IMG/VR virus record: IMGVR_UViG_3300008259_000247
Coordinates: 1-38,745 of that record
Length of the DNA stretch: 38,745 nucleotides
Source: a virus
Taxonomy: Duplodnaviria; Caudoviricetes
Reading direction: 5' to 3' (one strand)
Positions within the stretch are counted from its first letter, which is position 1, and every line of letters begins with the position of its first letter. Positions 35,774 through 38,745 of the stretch are shown one piece after another. Below the pieces are notes generated by a model, which was not told where the DNA came from, did no database searches, and saw only the letters and a program-made list of their open reading frames with translations. The position numbers were made by a program, and so were the translations under genes.

Positions 35774-38562
35774 TAGAGAAACCAAAGAAAGAAAGGCGAT
35801 TCCTAAAGGCATTGGGGCGCGTCGGTGAAATACTAATTCAGGAGGTTTTAATTAAAATAGGGAGTAATTTAATCAAGAAGATTGGAGGCAAAAAAACTTT
35901 GCCTTCAATTCTTTTTTTACTCGCTTCCCTTAGCCTCTTCGCCCAGTACCCAAACACGGGCAACAAACAAAGGCTTGGATTCCAGACCACGGGCGACGGT
36001 TTGACTTGGCGCGGGTCATTATCGGACACGGCTGCTATTCAACCAACAAACAATCAAAACGCATGGGTCATTCTTGATACCGTTAACCTTAAAATATATT
36101 CCTTTGACTTTACTTCCAACGTCTGGAACTTGGTTGGTGGCGGTGGTTCAACGATTGACACGGCATCATTAAGCAATCGGATTAATTTAAAGCTAAATAT
36201 TTCAGATACTGCGGCAATGCTTTTGCCTTACGCAAAAAAAAGCTATGTCGATACGGCTGGTAGATTTTACGCACGTCAAGACTTTTCCAACGTTTCAACC
36301 TCAACCTTAACTTGGACGCAAACCGACACCTTAGTTCCAGCGGGTGTAAATGTGGTTCAAGTTTACCGCAACGGACAAATTCTTTTGCCTTCTCAATACA
36401 CTATTCCAACATCAACCAGCGTGGTTATTGGGACAACCTCTTTTAAAGTAGGGGAAAATTATACAGTTATATTTCCTAAAGGCGGTGGCGGTTCTGGTGG
36501 CGGTTCGGGTTCATTAACCTCAATCTCGGGCGGCACGGGAATAACGGTATCACCCGACCCAATTACAACCACGGGAACGGTATCGGCTGACCTTTCTGTT
36601 TTAATGGAATTATCGGACACGGCTTCATTGTCAAATAGAATTAATACTAAATTAAATATCTCGGATACCTTATCAATGCTTTCGCCTTATTTCCGTGACG
36701 CTGATACCTCGTCTTTAAATCTTACCTCAAGGTTTGCATTAAAATTAAACGCAGCGGACACGGCATCATTATCCAATAGGATAAACGCAAAGGGCACGGG
36801 CACGGTTACAAGTGTTGCCACGGGTTACGGGTTAAGCGGCGGAACGATTACCTCAACGGGCACTTTGGTTCTTGATTCAGCGGTTGTATTTTCTCGGATA
36901 CGGGATTCGATTGTTGACGTTGCTATCGGGAATGATACCATCAAGATTTTAAAACAGGAATACGCACCAGCCACAACCAGCGTATTAACGTGGACAATAA
37001 CGCCAAAATTCCCTATTCAATTAAAGGTATATATTTTAGTTTTTAGAAATGGGCAGTTACTTATCAATGACCAATACAATTTAACCGACACAAATAAAAT
37101 TACTATTGTTTCCAATTCCTTTAAGGTCGGGGCTAATTACACGGTGGTCACGGTGTCAGGTATTGGTTCGGTCGGTTCGGCTCAAGGGAATCCCGTTTAC
37201 CCTGAGGCTGGGATTGCAATAAGCACGGGGACAACGTGGACAACGTCTATTCCCAATAATTCAGCAAATTGGAATATTGCCTTTAATGATAAAATAACAA
37301 ACGCAGCCTTCTCAGGGACAAATACAAAAACCTTGACTTTGACGCAGTACGACGGTGGTACATTTGCGCCAACGTTTACCGATTTGCAAGGCGTCACTGG
37401 TTCGGGAACAATAGATTATATTCCAAAATTTAGCACAACGACCGAGGTAACCAATTCCGTGATTCAAGAAAGCAGCGGTAACATTGGTATAGGAACAACA
37501 CCTACATCAAATTTAGAATTAGCAAGAGGTAAATTTATTACTTTAAATAGTAGAGAATCAGGCTTTCCAGAAGATTCATCAGGAATAATGATATATGAAA
37601 CAGGAACTAAAACTGCTACGGACATAAATTTTGGTGCAAAAATTATGTACAATTCAGTATCTGATAATTTTGAAATAAAAATGAAAAATAATAATGGTAC
37701 AACATTATTTAACCCGCCAGTATCAATTTCGATACCTCGAGGAACTGGCGTAGTTAATATAGGAACATCTTTAGCGGTCACGGGCAACATTACCGAAGGC
37801 GGCAACAATGTCTTAACCAACCTTGACACGGCATCATTATCAAGTAGGATTGACCTTAAATTAAATAAAACCGATACTGCATCTTTATCAACGAGAATTG
37901 ACTTAAAATTAAATAAAACGGATACTGCATCTTTATCAAATCGTATTAATGGTAAAGTATCGTTAACAGGAGATGAATATATTAATGGTCAAAAAACTTT
38001 TGGCGGTTTAATTATACCATCAAACGGAATGCAATTAACTGCAACTGGTAGCAACTCAAATAAACTAATTGGAATTAATGCAAGTAGCTTTGTTGGTGAG
38101 GTAACACTTGGCACGGGATTAACACTTACAAGCAATGTTTTAAACGCAACCGAAAGATATTATTTTGATTTAGGTATTGTTGCTGGAGCTGCTGACAATT
38201 CGGCTTCAACTTATGATTTTACCTATGGTTCAAACATATTTATAGTTCCAACAAGTTTAAATGGTTATTGTATTGATAGTGTTTATATTCGTGCTATTGG
38301 TTGTTCGACTTGTCCGCCAGTTTCACCTGACCTTGATTATTATGTAGGTGTTTATAAAGCCAATGCTGGTTCAAGAGTTGCCACATCTGGTGCAACTTTA
38401 GTAGGTTCACAGATAACAATGAATGAGTACGATTTAAATGAAGTCAATAGAAATGATACATTATCAACTGGTGAGGCATGGTGGGTATATTTAAACGGAA
38501 CTTATACGTCGGATTTAGCCTATGTTACGGCTGGATTTATTGTCAAAAAAACTTGTAATTAA
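35770..38562 (+). CDS. Large fibre-like protein with Sec signal peptide and DTASLSxRI repeats
   Basis: KKTLPSILFLLASLSLFA|QYP; GTVTSV, IPKF and GNIGIGTT fibre motifs; coiled repeats. Confidence 0.7.
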   Translation: MIEKPKKERRFLKALGRVGEILIQEVLIKIGSNLIKKIGGKKTLPSILFLLASLSLFAQYPNTGNKQRLGFQTTGDGLTWRGSLSDTAAIQPTNNQNAWVILDTVNLKIYSFDFTSNVWNLVGGGGSTIDTASLSNRINLKLNISDTAAMLLPYAKKSYVDTAGRFYARQDFSNVSTSTLTWTQTDTLVPAGVNVVQVYRNGQILLPSQYTIPTSTSVVIGTTSFKVGENYTVIFPKGGGGSGGGSGSLTSISGGTGITVSPDPITTTGTVSADLSVLMELSDTASLSNRINTKLNISDTLSMLSPYFRDADTSSLNLTSRFALKLNAADTASLSNRINAKGTGTVTSVATGYGLSGGTITSTGTLVLDSAVVFSRIRDSIVDVAIGNDTIKILKQEYAPATTSVLTWTITPKFPIQLKVYILVFRNGQLLINDQYNLTDTNKITIVSNSFKVGANYTVVTVSGIGSVGSAQGNPVYPEAGIAISTGTTWTTSIPNNSANWNIAFNDKITNAAFSGTNTKTLTLTQYDGGTFAPTFTDLQGVTGSGTIDYIPKFSTTTEVTNSVIQESSGNIGIGTTPTSNLELARGKFITLNSRESGFPEDSSGIMIYETGTKTATDINFGAKIMYNSVSDNFEIKMKNNNGTTLFNPPVSISIPRGTGVVNIGTSLAVTGNITEGGNNVLTNLDTASLSSRIDLKLNKTDTASLSTRIDLKLNKTDTASLSNRINGKVSLTGDEYINGQKTFGGLIIPSNGMQLTATGSNSNKLIGINASSFVGEVTLGTGLTLTSNVLNATERYYFDLGIVAGAADNSASTYDFTYGSNIFIVPTSLNGYCIDSVYIRAIGCSTCPPVSPDLDYYVGVYKANAGSRVATSGATLVGSQITMNEYDLNEVNRNDTLSTGEAWWVYLNGTYTSDLAYVTAGFIVKKTCN
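37825..37950 (+). repeat. 48-bp tandem repeat (about 2.6 copies) encoding DTASLSxRIDLKLNKT
   Basis: Units start at 37825, 37873 and 37921; related units occur near 36157, 36616 and 36757. Confidence 0.85.
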
Positions 38563-38574
38563 AAAAACATAAAC

Positions 38575-38745
38575 ATGAAACAACTCCTTTTCCTCCTCCT
38601 TTTCCCTTGCCTTGCCATGGCACAGTACCCTGGCAACGGTAACCAAAAGATAACATTGGGCGAACAAACTAGTGCCGACGGGCTGGTGTATCGAGGCGTG
38701 GCATCTATTGACACAGTCACGGCAACAAGTAAAATCACACGGGCA
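38575..38745 (+). CDS. Second exported fibre-like protein (partial, runs off the window)
   Basis: MKQLLFLLLFPCLAMA|QYPGNGNQKITLGEQTSADGLVYRG, paralogous to the N-terminus of the upstream protein. Confidence 0.7.
   Translation, partial: MKQLLFLLLFPCLAMAQYPGNGNQKITLGEQTSADGLVYRGVASIDTVTATSKITRA

Noticed and set aside
36481-36513. GGGGSGGGSGS as a synthetic linker
   Set aside because: Mixed natural codon usage; Gly/Ser hinges are common in phage fibres
35770-38562. Diversity-generating retroelement target
   Set aside because: No reverse transcriptase, and the repeats do not show adenine-specific TR/VR differences
1-38745. Genome-wide TAG stop-codon reassignment
   Set aside because: Long genes translate intact under code 11, several ORFs end sensibly at TAG, and the tRNA-like element has no CUA anticodon
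1-38745. Integrase, CI-like repressor, DNA polymerase, helicase or spanin
   Set aside because: No recognisable motifs or lipobox; such genes could lie outside the window, so lifestyle is not called

Overview
This window is most of a tailed dsDNA phage genome, probably a siphovirus of a Bacteroidota host. The host call rests on TAnnTTTG-type promoters, A-rich start regions lacking Shine-Dalgarno motifs, and signal peptides followed by Gln. Layout: lysis genes (41-1491, +); a leftward early/replication arm (1552-11030) with a RuvC-like resolvase, membrane-anchored GH73 hydrolase, PD-(D/E)XK nuclease, iteron-containing replication initiator, HNH-AP2 nuclease and a tRNA-like RNA; and a rightward arm with a sugar-modification cluster, ParB-DNA methylase, DUF4417, an ADP-ribosyltransferase, terminase, tail genes placed before head genes, portal, and fibre-like proteins. 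The most striking observations are: (1) fibre-like proteins carrying Sec signal peptides and about 17 Bacteroidota O-glycosylation sequons, in a genome that also has its own glycosyltransferase cluster; (2) two sequence-divergent but structurally identical three-hairpin kissing-loop leader RNAs ahead of the replication initiator and the HNH gene; (3) a tRNA-like element with an abnormal anticodon arm; (4) an unannotated -1 frameshift extension at a T9 run; (5) an in-frame amber codon at codon 3 of a structural gene. No integrase, repressor, polymerase or CRISPR array was seen. All calls come from motifs read by eye, with no database searches.
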